Assembly (NCBI RefSeq): GCF_006345805.1
Contig: NC_043013.1
Location: forward strand, 2,852,001 to 2,916,000
From: Octopus sinensis
Taxonomy: Eukaryota
Length of the DNA stretch: 64,000 nucleotides
Direction: 5' to 3'
Shown piece after piece: positions 38,965 to 54,349 of the stretch (within the stretch, counting starts at the first letter, position 1; each line of letters begins with the position of its first letter). Made by a program: the position numbers and the translations under genes. The notes beneath the pieces are model-generated. The model did no database searches. It was not told the DNA's origin and saw only the letters and a list, made by a program, of their open reading frames with translations.

Positions 38965-39967
38965 ATAATCCTTTCTACTGAAAGCACAAGGACTGAAATT
39001 TGTGGGGAGGGGACTGGTCGATTACGTCGACCCCATTTTTTAACTGGTACTTAATTTATCGACCCCGAAATGATGAAAGGCAAAGTCAATCTGGGAAGAC
39101 GGACGAAATGCCGCTAAGTATTTCGTCCGGCGAGTGGTAATAAAAGTAATGATTTCAAATTTTGGCACATGGCCCGCAATTTCGAGGGAGAGGATTACTC
39201 GATTACATCGACCCCAGTGTTCGAATGGTACTTATTTTATCGACCCCGAAATGATGCAAGGAAAGTCGGCCTCGGTGGAATTTAAACTCAGAACGTAAAT
39301 TCGGAAGAAATGCTGCGAAGCATTTTGTCCGGCATGCTAACGATTCTCTCAGCTCGCCGCCTTAGCAACAACAACAACAACAATGATAATAATCTTTTCT
39401 TCTCTAGGTACAAGGCCCGAAATTTTGGGGTGAGGGGGAAAGTCGATTAGATTGACCCCAGTATGCAACTGGTGCTTAATTTATCGACCCTGAAAGGATG
39501 AAAGGCAAAGTCGACCTCGGTGGAATTTGAACTCAGAACGTAAAGACAGACGAAATACCTATTTCTTTACTACCCACAAGGGGCTAAACACAGAAGGGAC
39601 AAACAAGGACAGACAAACGGATAAAGTCGATTATATCGACCCTAGTGTATAACTGGTACTTATTTAATCGACCCCAAAAGGATGAAAGGCAAAGTCGACC
39701 TCGACGGAATTTGAACTCAGAACGTAAAGACAGACGAAATACCTATTTCTTTTCTACCCACAAGGGGCTAAACACAGAGGGGACAAACAAGGACAGATAT
39801 AGGTATTAAGTCGATTACATCGACCCCAGTGCGTAACTGGTACTTAATTTATCGACCCCAAAAGGATGAAAGGCAAAGTCGACCTCGACGGAATTTGAAC
39901 TCAGAACGTACTGGCAGACGAAATACCGTTAAGCATATCGCCCGGCGTGCTAACGATTCTGCCAGCT
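38965..39967 (-). mobile_element. Cluster of co-oriented Deu/Nin-like SINEs including a 184-bp tandem array (39375-39967)
   Basis: Head 39927-39967; units 39743-39926, 39559-39742, 39375-39558; further copies ~39145-39363 and ~38965-39130. Confidence 0.9.
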
Positions 39968-40316
39968 TTGAATATCAAAAAAGAAACTGAAAAATTATTT
40001 GAGGATGATCCTAGGCTTACCATCAATGCAAGAAATACAAAAGATTGTCTGAGAGAAGCAATGTCGCTGTGAATTTTCTTTACTTTCCTCCCCACCCTTT
40101 ATTTTTCTGTTTACTTTTTCATTTCTTATTTTCTTCTTTTTTCCTTTTCCTCTGTCTCCCCCCCCCCCTTTTCCCTATCACATGACTTTGTAAATGAACA
40201 ATCCGGCGTGTTTATTTTAATAGCCTAACAATGTATACAGTGGGTTTCTCTGTCCTAGGTGTCGGGAAGACACTCGGCAAGAAATGGAAACAAAATTGAT
40301 GATAATAATAATAATA

Positions 40317-40350
<34 letters not shown>

Positions 40351-40659
40351 AAGCACCGGTCCAACAATTTTGAGGCAAGATTTGAACTCAGACGATAAAG
40401 AACAGGAAGAAATACTGCAACGTGTTTTGACCGACACTTTAACGATTCTGCCAATAACATTAATTCTTTCTGCTATAGGCACGGGGCCCGAAAATTAGAA
40501 GGAGAATGCTATTCAATTACACCGACCACAGTGCTCGACTGGTACTTATTTTATCGATCTCGGATGATGAAAGGCAAAGTATCTATGTATGTGTGTGTGT
40601 GTGTGTGTGTGTATGTGTGTGGTGATCCTATTCAAAGAGTTGAAGATTTAAGTTAAATC

Positions 40660-42500
40660 GACAAAGATATGGAAAGGGCTTTGCGATATCCAATGCATTT
40701 CTCCTGGAGACGTGAAGAGCCGGAGCAAATACCATAAACCCTTTTTCCAATGATTTTACTTTTGGCAAGACACAAAAAATCTCAGAACCATGTGAATTCC
40801 GCCATGGCTTTGAAAACCTTTGGTCGACAACGAATTGATACCGCAATGATGATTGGAAAGCTGCTTTGATTCAATTGCAGTCGAAAAAAATCGTGACATG
40901 TTGAAAAGGTTAATTCACTGTATCGAAATTTTAGCTTGTCAAAATTACAATTTCGAGGACACGATGAAACAGAACCAAATAAAAAGGGAAATTTTCTAGC
41001 TCCCTGTGAAACAGTAGCGGAATATGATGATTGCTTAAGATTGCGTTTAGATTTCGTGAAGACAAATGCCAGCTGCACGTTTTCTGGACTTTCAAAAGAT
41101 ATTCAAAATGCGATTATTAATTGTATGGCTACTACGATTGCAGGTGAAATTAGGACAATGATTGATGAAACATCATTTGTTGCTGTTTGATGAGACTACG
41201 GATGAGACTACGGATCTGCGAATGAAATCTCAATCGTCGCGTGTTTTATGATTCGCTGATGAGAAGGAAAAACCTCAAGAAGGATTTTTGGATTATGTTG
41301 ATGTCAGAAAAGATAGAAGGACTGCATCACTGATTGAAGAAGTTCGAAAATGTGTTAATGAATCCAAATGTGGTCAAAAATTCATCGCACAAACATATGG
41401 AGCGAGCGTGATGGCTGGGCACTTGAACGGAGTGCAAGCAAGAATAAAGGAGATTTTTGGTACCAATGTCATATTTGTACATTGCTTTGCACATTCACTT
41501 AATTTTGGCACTCTCCCAATCAGCTTCACGTATTCGTGAATGTCGAATTTTCTTTCAAACTTTAAAGGCATTTCAATTTCTCAAAGTCGACAGCTCCGAT
41601 AGCACTAATGGATGAAATCGTTGGAATGTGATTTCCAAAGCTACCTGACACACGATGGAATTATTCATCCGATAAAATTAGAACATCGAGAGAATTAGAA
41701 TGCTTCGGAATTAACTCTAGCAAGGGAATTCATTGCAATCCTCGAAGATTTTCATTTTAAATTGTTATTAGTAGTTTTTGAAAATATATTGAGTAGTTCA
41801 GAGATTTTGTATTCGATACTTCAAAAAAGTTCACTTGCTATTTCAAGATGTATTTGTGAAGTTGAGAACTTCACAAATACATATCAAGGACAACAAGTTT
41901 GAGGAATTTTATCCCCGGTTTTTGGATGGTGTTACTGGATCACCAGAGAAGCGAAGTCGACATGAAGGACTAAAAGCTTTAAGAACTTTGTTTAACAAAA
42001 TTTTAGATGAATTATTGTTGACGCTGAGCAAAGTTTTAAAACGATGGAAGAGTTCAAATTTGTTGAATTGTTGAATCCGAAGCTTCTTCACACTTGGGAA
42101 AAACAATTTCCGATGAAAGCATTTTCATATCTGAATATCTACAAAAATATATTGGAATTGAATAGACTGAAGTGTGAGCTCAAATCAGATTGTGCTGCAG
42201 ATTTTGCAAAGCAAGCATCAAGCATCCAAGATGTAGCAGATATAACTTGAACTAAACCGAGCTCTGGCAGAAGTAACGAAATTACTATGTCCGATTCTGA
42301 CCATCCCTGCCACATTTGCATCCTGTGATAAATCCTTTTCTTCTTTAAAGAGAGTTAATAATTATATGAGATGTTTTCAAAGTGAAGACAGAATGAATAC
42401 CTTAGTCTTCATTTCCATGAATAAAGACCTTTTGAAGAAGATGAAAGTAGAGCGTGGTGCTGATGCATTTTATAGCAAAGAAACCGAGGAATTTGCCAAT
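40660..42500 (+). pseudogene. hAT transposase remnant (ZMYM1/DUF4371-like with C-terminal dimerisation region)
   Basis: LQFRGHDE...KGNF; SKDIQNAII; DETTD; AQTYGASVMAGHLNGVQARIKE; VHCFAHSLN; TIPATFASCDKSFSSLKRVNNYMR...EDRMNTL; many stops and frameshifts; no TIRs found. Confidence 0.88.
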
Positions 42501-42532
42501 GCAGCCACGCAGCTGGGCCCCATGACACATTA

Positions 42533-42790
42533 TACACTTTTACACTTTTTTTTGTTTCAGTCATTTTGACTGTGGACATGCTGGAGCACCGCCTTTTAGT
42601 CGAAGAAACCGACCCCTAGACTTATTCTTTGTAAACCTGGTACTTATTTTATCAGTTTCTTTTGCCGAACCGCTAAGTTACGGGGACGTAAACACACCAC
42701 AATCGGTTGTCCAGTGATGGTGGAGGGACAAACACAGAGACAAACACACAAATATATACATATACATATACATATATATATATATATATT
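42533..42790 (-). mobile_element. 3' half of CORE-like SINE
   Basis: Matches family tail and body. Confidence 0.8.
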
Positions 42791-42807
42791 TATATATATA
42801 CACATAT

Positions 42808-42975
42808 ATATATATATAGTTGAGATTTACAGAGACCAAAAGACAAAGACGGGTGCACAAACAACATGCAAGGGTTTTAGTTTGACGCTCGGGTACGTGA
42901 GAAAGTCTTTTACGTTTCGAGCCTATGCTCTTCAACAGAAAGGAACACGAGGATATAAACAGAGAGAAAATTTTT
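42808..42975 (-). mobile_element. Penelope-like terminal repeat with HHR-like motif (42907-42942)
   Basis: Minus strand cttt CTGTTGA A GAGC atag GCTC GAAAC GTA aaag; abuts (TA)n. Confidence 0.7.
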
Positions 42976-43175
42976 AAAAAACTTGTGGATTTAGCGGTCA
43001 ATATATATATATATACATATATATATACATACACACACACACACGCACACACACAAGAAGGAAAATTATAGCTCAAAATATGAATGAATATACGCATATT
43101 TTTATTAACATTTAGCAGAAGCAACAGAGTGACTCAAGGTCAGACAGTTTCATACGTTGACACACACACACAGAG

Positions 43176-43222
<47 letters not shown>

Positions 43223-43437
43223 CAGACAGACGCAAGTAGACCGACACACTCGTACACACGCGAATGAATACAGGCACTCACACATATTGGGACTTTTTCT
43301 TTGTGTCTCCGTGAGTGTATAAGTATGTGTATATTTTGTCTGAATATGTAAACAAAGAAGAATACGAAACTATTGCCACCCCCACCGCACTGCACCCAAT
43401 CCACCCTCTTGCGTATCTATCAATCTGTCTGCCTGCA

Positions 43438-43468
<31 letters not shown>

Positions 43469-43774
43469 ATGTGTGTGTGTGTGTGTGTGTTTAATCCTTT
43501 TCAGCACGGCTAAAAGTGCATATCAAATAAGGACACAGGTACTGCTTCCATCTCACACAGGCAACAACTAGACACCGATTGTTGTCTGTAGAACTAGATA
43601 ACATTCCATCTGGCGGCCTGTTACAGTAAGGTGGGTGGAGGAGACGGGTATTGGTATTTGCATATCACGTCTGTCTGTGTGGCTGCTTTGTGCGTGTTTG
43701 ATTACGTGTCGTTCCCGAAAGTATATAATGGTTACAGCGTTAAAGTGTAATATTTGAATTTGTGACTACGAGTA

Positions 43775-44934
<1,160 letters not shown>

Positions 44935-45313
44935 GCTTACGAACCACATGGTTCCTGGTTCAGTCCCACTACGTGGCACCATGGGCAAATGTCTTCTGCT
45001 ATAGCCTCGGGCCTACCAAAGACTTGTGAGTGGATTTGGTAGACGGAAACTGAAAGAAGCCCGTCGTATATATGCATATATATATGTATGTGTGTGTATA
45101 TGTTTGTGTGTCTGTCTTTGTCCCCCCAACATTGCTTGACAACCAATGCTGGTGTGTTTACGTCCCCGTAACTTAGCGGTTTGGCAAAAGCGTCCGATAG
45201 AATAAGTACTAGGCTTACAAAGAATAAGTCCTGGGGTCGATTTGCTGGCCTAAAGGCGGTGCTCCTGAATGGCCACTGTCAAATGACTGAAACAAGTAAA
45301 AGAGTAAAAGAGT
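44935..45313 (+). mobile_element. CORE-like SINE, 5' slightly truncated
   Basis: Co-linear with 63486-63897. Confidence 0.88.
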
Positions 45314-45394
45314 ATATACATATATTATTTTACTTATTTCAGTCACTAGACAGCGGCTTTGAAGGGTTTCCTTTTAGAAGCCTGAAACTCAGAC

Positions 45395-45740
45395 TATCGT
45401 TCTCTTTTGGTGAGGAATCTGGAATGTAAACAAAGAACACAGTCGTGGTGCAGCATGGTTAAACGAACTTTGAAGTGAGTACTGTGTGAATGCCTCTCCC
45501 ACAATATATAACATCACCAGTGAGACCCTCCTGTCGATGATTACGAAACTGTCGAATGGAAAATGACCTGGAAGAGGTCTCAGAGAGACCATTGGTACAA
45601 AAAGCCGACATTCTGAGGGAAAATTTCTCACGGTTCTCTTAAAAGACAAACAAACGAAAAAGGATTCTGAGCTAGATATAACTGATTGGCTAACGTTTAC
45701 AAGGCCTGCTCTTGATTCCTCACGTGGCCAAAGACTACAG
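45395..45740 (+). mobile_element. R4-clade retrotransposon fragment (pre-RT / RT start)
   Basis: FW*GIWNVNKEHSRGAAWLNEL*SEYCVNASPTIYNITSETLLSMITKLSNGK*PG...ELDITDWL. Confidence 0.7.
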
Positions 45741-45759
45741 GTAGGGCTGTCCGGCAATC

Positions 45760-45952
45760 GCTATGATAGATCGCTAGCCACTAAGCCTTTTTCTTTTTCT
45801 GTCCCTGTTTATTTCTGTGTTCCTTTCTGTCGAAGAGCGTAGGCACGAAACGTAAAAGACTTTCTCACTTCCCGAGCGTTAAACTAATACATCAGTTTGT
45901 TGTTTACACGCTCGTCTTCGTCTTTTTTTTTGGGGGGGGGGGATTCTCACTA
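45760..45952 (+). mobile_element. Penelope-like terminal repeat with HHR-like motif (45823-45858)
   Basis: cttt CTGTCGA A GAGC gtag GCAC GAAAC GTA aaag; co-linear with reverse complement of 12430-12625; ends ctcac|tatat. Confidence 0.7.
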
Positions 45953-45964
45953 TATGTATATATA

Positions 45965-46255
45965 TTATTGCTGCCCCCTCGTTATCGAGTATGGCCATTG
46001 TACGAAGCTTAACTGTTACTGGTGCTGTGATTGAATGTAACTTTTTAGCCCAGCTAAAGATCTACAATGTCTTGTACAGGATTGGCAACTAATACCTTTA
46101 CCGGTAATAGCCGGCTGTAGTTGTAACTGGGCTTCATGTACCTTTGCATGTCGTTTAAGTCCTCCTGCCGAATTACACTCTCTTCCACATGCACGACAGA
46201 TATGATTAGTATGGTGTGTTACATCACCACCAGTAGCCAGGTTGTCACTCATCTG
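45965..46255 (-). mobile_element. Probable RTE-clade LINE 3' end with two C2H2-like fingers
   Basis: HICRACGRECNSAGGLKRHAKVH...ISCQSCTRHCRSLAGLKSYIQSQHQ*, then short UTR ggccatactcgataacgagggggcagc and TA-rich end. Confidence 0.6.
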
Positions 46256-46333
46256 TATACACACACATATACATACATATACATACATACATATACACAC
46301 ACATATACATACACACACACACACACACACACA

Positions 46334-46587
46334 CGGGGACGTAAACACACCAGCATCGGTTATCAAGCGATTTTGGCGGGGACAAACACAGACACAAACA
46401 CACACACAGACACGCACATATATACGACGGGCTTCTTTTAGTTCCCGTCTATCAAATCCACTCACAAGGCTTTGGTCGGCCCGAAGCTAGAGTAGAAGAC
46501 ACCTGCCCAAGGTGCCATGCAGTGGGACTGAACCCAGAACCATGTGGCTAGTAAGTCAGCTACCTACCACACAGCAGCTCCTGCGCC
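46334..46587 (-). mobile_element. 5' two-thirds of CORE-like SINE
   Basis: Matches family head and body. Confidence 0.85.
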
Positions 46588-47599
46588 TGTTTATGCTGTT
46601 GATAAAATTAATGTGTGTTTTCTTACATATGTTTTGTCTCACAGAAAATCAATAAATTAAAAGTGAATATATAAAAAATATTAAATCATATATTTTCATA
46701 AGATATCACTGTGTTATTTTAACATAGAATCATGTTCGTGTGCGCTGATATGCATATGTGTCTGTGTGTCAATGGATAATCGTACGGATGTACGATGGCC
46801 GTGGTTTGTTTTTCATTCACACAGGTTACGCTTTGTTTATAATATATACATATCTGTGTGTTTGTGTGTGTAAGTGCGTGCATATGTGGAAGCATCAACC
46901 ATAAGGTAAGATGGTTCTAATAACAAGCAGGTACTTCAAACTCGTTCTCAATAACTTTTACAAATCAAACCGAAGCAGACAATTATGAAAACGAAACCCA
47001 TCTTATTTAAAGAAAGAATATTCCACGGATTATTCTTCCCCGTTATCTTTTTTCTTTGGCAGTAATGCATTTAACCAGCATAATAGAAATATCAGCCAAA
47101 TTTCTCTTAAACCACAGTCTATCACCTAAAAAAAATAAAAGAAGAACATTGTATAATGTGGTCCAAGATACACTATGCATGAATAAGAGATGGGATGCTA
47201 ACGGCTGAAAGGACTTTGATCACAAAGCTGACCTGAGGATATGTTATGACTACTTACTACTATCAAAGGCTGTACAGACTATGGGAGTATAATCATCAAG
47301 ATATGGATGACCTAGAGCTCTATACTGGAGATAATAAATGAGTGGGCATCTTGTTATGTGCCGCAAATTCAGTAGGAAAATTGACTTATATTGCTTTTTA
47401 GAATATGCGCCAAGACCGCTTTGAAGAAGGGGAAACTAATGAAAAGCAGTGATAATATCACGATAAGTAAATATCAATTTGGGAATCGGACCAAGATTAA
47501 ACTTACAAATACATGAGAATTAATAAACTAAACAGGGTACAAAGTTCTGAAAGGAAAACACAACTTTAGATTAGATTAATACTTAAAGCTAAGTATTGG

Positions 47600-47800
47600 T
47601 TTCATATTTTGGCACAAAGCCAGCAATTTGGGGGGTGGGGGATTAAGTCGATTACATCGACTCCATTGTTCATCTGCTAGTCATTTTATCGATCTAAAAA
47701 GAATGAATGACAAAGCCGACCCTGGCGAATTTGAACGCAGAAAGTAAAGCCGGACATATTGCCGCCAGTATTTTGTTCGGCGCGCCACCGATTCTACCAG
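47600..47800 (-). mobile_element. Diverged Deu/Nin-like SINE
   Basis: ttttggcacaaagccagc...gtcgattacatcgac...gaatttgaacgcagaa. Confidence 0.7.
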
Positions 47801-48694
47801 CTTCTCTGTTTTACTTAAAACTAAGTATTACAAAAATACAAGAATCTCTACTAGCAATCTGGCTATACCAGTAGTAATGTACGTTTATAATATTTTCTGC
47901 TACAAGAAAACGATTTTAACAAGGAAAAAGAAGAAAAAAAAAAGAATGCTTTTAGAGAACAACGACTAAGAATTTCTTCTGAAAGATTAAATTTTCCTGC
48001 AACAGAGAGACAGGAATGTTTTTAGGAAAGGAACAAACTGAGCGTTTCAAATGTTAGCTTGAAGACTGACCTCCAAGTCACACAACAAACTTGACATAAT
48101 TTTGAATGGCAAAAATTCTTTCAGTAATACCCTGTAACAATAACGAGTGACATTTCTGCCAGAAGCATATCGTTAATTTCTTTTTTTTTCTTTTTTTTTG
48201 TAATGCAAACAATGTCGCAAGTAAGAAATGCGTCCATTTTACCATTTCTTACTGGAATGATTCACAACAGCTTCCTTTTAAGACAACGGGAAGTCGTTTA
48301 TTTATTTATTTATTTCTCTATTTGTTTGTTTTTTTTTTACCAGTGATTTTAGTCGAGAGAGAAGAACTGCGGCCGTGACCTTTGCAGAACCCCGAGACAG
48401 GCTTGATCAATAGGCTTGATATTAATCTTTTGACAACTGCAAGTCGATGACTGCAGGAAAAACATGAACGGGGAGGTACTTCGGAAGAATGGGAGAATAT
48501 TGGGTCAAAATGGTTAGCGCAGAACTTAAGGGATAGATAAGATTAGGTACAACAGCACTACAGATTGTAAATGATAGAGCGTTGCCACGAAGCATCTGCT
48601 TGCTACGAATCTTTGTATTTCATAAAAAATATATCACATTCTTTATGATACAACGAAGGGAAGCCGCGGTGTATCTCTGAAGACATAAATATAA

Positions 48695-48742
<48 letters not shown>

Positions 48743-49959
48743 GAAACAACAAAAAATAGAATAAGACAACATTAATCTCGACTATAGATATAACATTAAG
48801 CATTATCACATCTCTTATCTCTACATGTTCGGGAGAATTTAGATGTAGAAGGTGATTCCCTCACTTATTAACATTCTCTGTATGTATACATAAGGATTTT
48901 AAAAATAACACCAATGATATAGGCACACACGCGCACGAATACTCACACACACACATATAACACGTATGTGAATGTATAAGCATTAAATATAAAATGTCTA
49001 CAGAGAAATGTGCACGCACATGCATTAGCAAATTTGCATATATAATCACATACAACCACACATTACGTACACATACTGGAATACCTGCTCCTATACCTGC
49101 ATACATATTTAAGCCTGTATACATGCGTATATTTGTTTGTACATGAATGTTTAATTCCTCAGAGAAAAACTACGATTACATCTTAAATGTACAAGAGAAG
49201 CTTCCTCTATATTTCAAAGCCCATGCACACACCTACACCCACTCGTTACATGCTGCATACGCGCATGCATGTGCGTACACTCAAGCATACGTTGGAATAC
49301 GTGTGAGTGTATCTGCGATAAGAAGGATTAAACCACTGTTTGTATGTCTAAGCGTATGTATGTATGTATGTATGTTTGTATGTTTGTATGTATGTATGTT
49401 TGTATGTATGTATGTATGTATGTATGTATGTATGTTTGTATATGTGTTATATATATGTTATGTATGTATATATATATATATATATTGGTGTGCGTGTATA
49501 GAATGATAGAAACTGTCATAACATACAAGCACTGAGATTGCTATCGTTCTTAATTCAGGATTATATTAAGAAAATGCCACGGTAGCAACAAACCATTGCA
49601 ATAACAACAAAAACAACTACAACATCAATAGGAACACCAGCAACGGTATAACAACAGCTACAGCAGAAACAACAACAGAATCAACAGCTGTGACAACAAC
49701 AACAACAACCACAACAAGGCAGCAATAAGAATACCAAATAGTAAAAAAAAAACACAAAACGAGAATATGGACAAAAGAATGAAATCCGGTCAGGATTAAA
49801 CGTTAAGATGATGATTAGCAGGTAAAAAAAAAACGACAAAAAACAAAGAAGAACAATAACAACAACAACAAAAACCGCAGTTTCTTGCAGGAGCTTGATA
49901 AGGAGTGAAACATGGCGGAATTTAGAAAGAACAAAAAAATTGACAAGAATTACAGCAAC

Positions 49960-50573
<614 letters not shown>

Positions 50574-50738
50574 AATGCTAAGTAAAACGCGAAAACGCAG
50601 TTCAAACTTGAGCGCTCGTACACAACTTCAGACCAACATGTTTGTGTGTGTGTGTGTGTATCTCTTCGTGTGTGTATATCTGTGTTTGTGTGTAACACCT
50701 CAACGAAGGCACAAAATAGAAAATCACTCAAAAATGTA

Positions 50739-50773
<35 letters not shown>

Positions 50774-51223
50774 CACACAAATATGAATGCTTGTGTGTGT
50801 TTTTGCTGATGGTTTAGTCATGGAGGAACTGTGTCGTGTCTTTAGCCTTAACAGATACTCCATGACTCGTGAGAAAACGTGGAGCATGTTACCCTTCAAC
50901 ACTCGTTACCTAATGGCTGCAGTTAGAAGCTGATGGCTAAGCTTCGACGTGATTGCCTTCCCAATTTAAAACAAAAAAATAGCAGAATAATTTCACTATG
51001 TTTATCTTTCTGTTTTCACATTCTGTTTTCATTTTATCCCAGATTGTCCTGGCTGCTACATTATAATCGTATGACAAGGTAGTATACAGTTCAGGGATTT
51101 TCAAAATAAGATGTGCCGCCTTCACTAGATAAATGAAAGAAATTTTTTTACAAACAAGACAAAATTGAATTTGCATTTATATAACTCTTCTTCCTTCACC
51201 ACAATACTGGACAAGTTTAAACA

Positions 51224-51450
51224 TCTTTCTTTTATCTTTTACTTGATTCAGTCATTTCACTGCAGCTATGCTGGGTTTTAGCCTTGAAGGGTTTTAGTCG
51301 AAAAGTTCGACCCCCCAGGACTTATTTTTAAGTGTAGTACTTATTTTATCGAAACATTTTGCCAAACCGCTAGCTTACGGTGACGTAAACACACCAACAC
51401 CGATTGCCAAGCGGTGGTGGAGGAGAAACACAGGCGCAAACACACACATG
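51224..51450 (-). mobile_element. 3' half of CORE-like SINE
   Basis: Matches family tail. Confidence 0.75.
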
Positions 51451-51508
51451 CGCAGCTGCTTGGCTAACAAAGCCGTGTTTGCCCTGACGTCATCATCACC
51501 ACCACCAC

Positions 51509-51738
51509 GGCGAGGAGCTGGCAGAGTGGTTAGCACGCCGGGCGAAATGCGCAGCCGTATTTCGTCTGTCGTTACGTTGTGAGTTCAAATTCCGCCGAGA
51601 TCGACTTTGCCTTTCATCCTTTCGGGGTCGATAAATTAAGTACCAGTTACGAACTGGGGTCGATGTAATCGACTTAATACCTATGTCCGTCCTTGTTTGT
51701 CCCCTCTGTGTTTAGCCCCTTGTGGGTAATAAAGAAAC
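51509..51738 (+). mobile_element. Full-length Deu/Nin-like SINE
   Basis: ggcgaggagctggcagagtggttagcacgccgggc...gagttcaaattccgcc...taaagaaac. Confidence 0.9.
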
Positions 51739-52380
51739 AGATATATACATTGCCGGCTTCCAAATCCACCCAGAAGGCTTTGGTCGGCCCGGGGCTATAG
51801 TAGAAGACACTTGCCCAAAGAAGCCGGAGCCATGTGGTTAGGAAGCTAGCTTCTTGCCACACAACCACTCCTGCGTCTCTATTGTGAAATAATCTTAATA
51901 ATTTTATCGAATATGACAATATGCTGCACCTCCTTTTCAGTCTCCAAACGCCCGGCCCCTTTATTTAAAGAACATTCTCTCACAGTCGGCAATGTTTATT
52001 GTGAGTTGATGCCTTCAATCATTTGTATAGGAATTTTTTCTTTGTGGATTGCATGGGGGCGGGGGGGGGTTAACCTTCACTGTAGGATATTATAAACTTG
52101 TCGATACACCGAAGACACTCCTAGCTAGGGTTTTTAGAGAGCTTTATTCTCTCCAAGGTCTGAGTTTTTCGTTCAAGTCTCCTCATGTGCGGTCTTCTCA
52201 ACAAACAAGTTTTATTTATATTTTGTTGCAGCATTTGAACAGGATTTTCCAATATTCCTTCGAGGGAAAAATTGCCTTAGCATTTATTTCCTGTCTCTAT
52301 TCAAGTTCGTTAACCATCGTAATGCTATTTTCATGTGTGCATGTGTGTGAAAGAGAGAGAGAGAGAGGAAGTGTGCGTGC

Positions 52381-52411
<31 letters not shown>

Positions 52412-52561
52412 CATATATAGCTATGTGTATATATATATATATATATATACACACTTGTGTGTGTGTGTGTGCACGTGTGTGCACGTGTGTGTATGTGTGT
52501 ATATCTATGTATGTGTATATATATATACACGTGTGTGTGTGTGCATATATATCTATGCGCA

Positions 52562-54044
52562 TCTCTCTCTATATATAAAACTGAGAATGTGTGTCTGTCT
52601 GTCTGTCTGTGTGTTTCCCTAAAACTTGAGAACTACACAACCAATTTCATTCAAATTTTACACATGCCTTACTTAGGGTCCATGTAGTTTCATGGGCAAA
52701 AAATGTTCAACTTCTTGCCTAGAGCGAACCCATAGCAATATTATATCTTCTCCACTATTTCAGTATTACGTGTTAAAAGTGAAACAAAAGCATTTCTCTA
52801 TTTTATGTCAGATACTTTCACTTTAACAATAAAAATAATAATAACAATTGAATTATATGTAGTAAGTAATAATTAAAATCAAACTAAAGTATAATATAAT
52901 CGTAACATAACAAAAGTAAAAATAGCAATTGGTATAAAATTGCATCAATGACTTGAACTTGAATAAGTGGTTTCACATGAATGGGAATAAATTAAAAATA
53001 AAATTAGCGTGCAGAAATGGAATAGTCCAGATGGAGCTGTGTTTTACATTAGATCATCTGCTAATTAGCTAGCATTAAGTATCTATATGGAGTTTGGCTG
53101 TATGTAATATCTATTTTCTCGAACAGCCGCTCCTACAGAGTACTGCTGTTGGTTTATTTCTTCATCGTAAGGTTTGTAAGGTTTGTTGTTATTATTATTA
53201 CTGTTTAACTATTGTTATCACGTAAAGGAAACATTGTTGTGTTGCATTTGTTAAATAATTATAAACTGTAGCCCTCCCCCTTTGGGAGAAGGAGCTTTGG
53301 TTATTGTTTAAAAATTGAATTGTGTCCCTGTTTGGGGAAATTGACAATATTTTCACTGTTTACATGGAAGCATTTTTGTTAGAATGCTTTCGATAGAAGA
53401 AAGTCCAAAAATGAATTTCGCTGCAGCCGTCGGTGGGCGCGAACTCACTGAAATTAAAATGGGAGAAATACGGATTGATCACCGACAAAGACGGTGAATC
53501 TAGGATAACACCACCAAACGAAATAAAAAATTAAATTAAAGAAAAGACTATTGTCTATAAAGTATACAATTTAGAGAAAAAAAAAGATTTGAACACCTGG
53601 AGGAAAGCACCATCAAAAAGTGTCTTGGTGCGACTATGAAAAATACCTAACTAGAGGCGGTAAATTCGCCACAATAGAAGCAAGGGAGTACTCGACTCGA
53701 ACCTTGCAAAGTGGAAATATTTTATTTTTACCTTTATATCTAGGACGTAGGACGTCTCGGATAAAAATTTAAAATATCCCCCCAGAAGTAGAGGTAGGCG
53801 GGATTGTAGCCACACTTCTATACAAGAGGGAGGACAAGATACAATTGATCGAAATTGCAAGAGACGGGCCTACAATTCCAGTCTGTTATATATTTTGAGT
53901 ATTGTTATCACTAGCGATATCAAGATATAACTTTGTATTTTGTATTTTATGTGTAGATGTATATATATAGATGTACATGTAATATGTACACATATATATA
54001 TACACATATATACATACACTAGCAACGACGGGTCATAATGCTAG
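52562..54044 (+). mobile_element. Probable non-autonomous Helitron-type element, ~1.5 kb
   Basis: A|TCTCTCTCTATATATAAAA start like 37055; 3' gcaacgacgggtcataatgCTAG|T; that both ends belong to one element is inferred. Confidence 0.5.
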
Positions 54045-54349
54045 TATATATATATATATTATATATATATATATGCACACACACACACATATATATGTAT
54101 ATTTATATACATGTTAATGTGTATATGTATATATGTGTGTGTGTATGTGTATATATGTATATATATATATATAGATAGATAGATAGATACATACATATAT
54201 ACATACATACATACATACACACATACATACATATATATATTATCTTTAAATTAGACATGCGCCGTTGAACGAATAATTTGTTGACTTTCCTGTTCATCCT
54301 GATGAGGGGTTCATTGCCGAGACAGTTCTGTCTGTCTGTCTGTATGTGT

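Noticed and set aside
40660-42500. hAT-derived region as a domesticated ZMYM1/ZBED-type gene
   Set aside because: Numerous in-frame stops and frameshifts; it is a decayed transposon.
45531-45553. CTGTCGA...GAAACTGTC as a hammerhead
   Set aside because: No helix II or helix I pairing; lies within R4 coding remnant, so likely chance.
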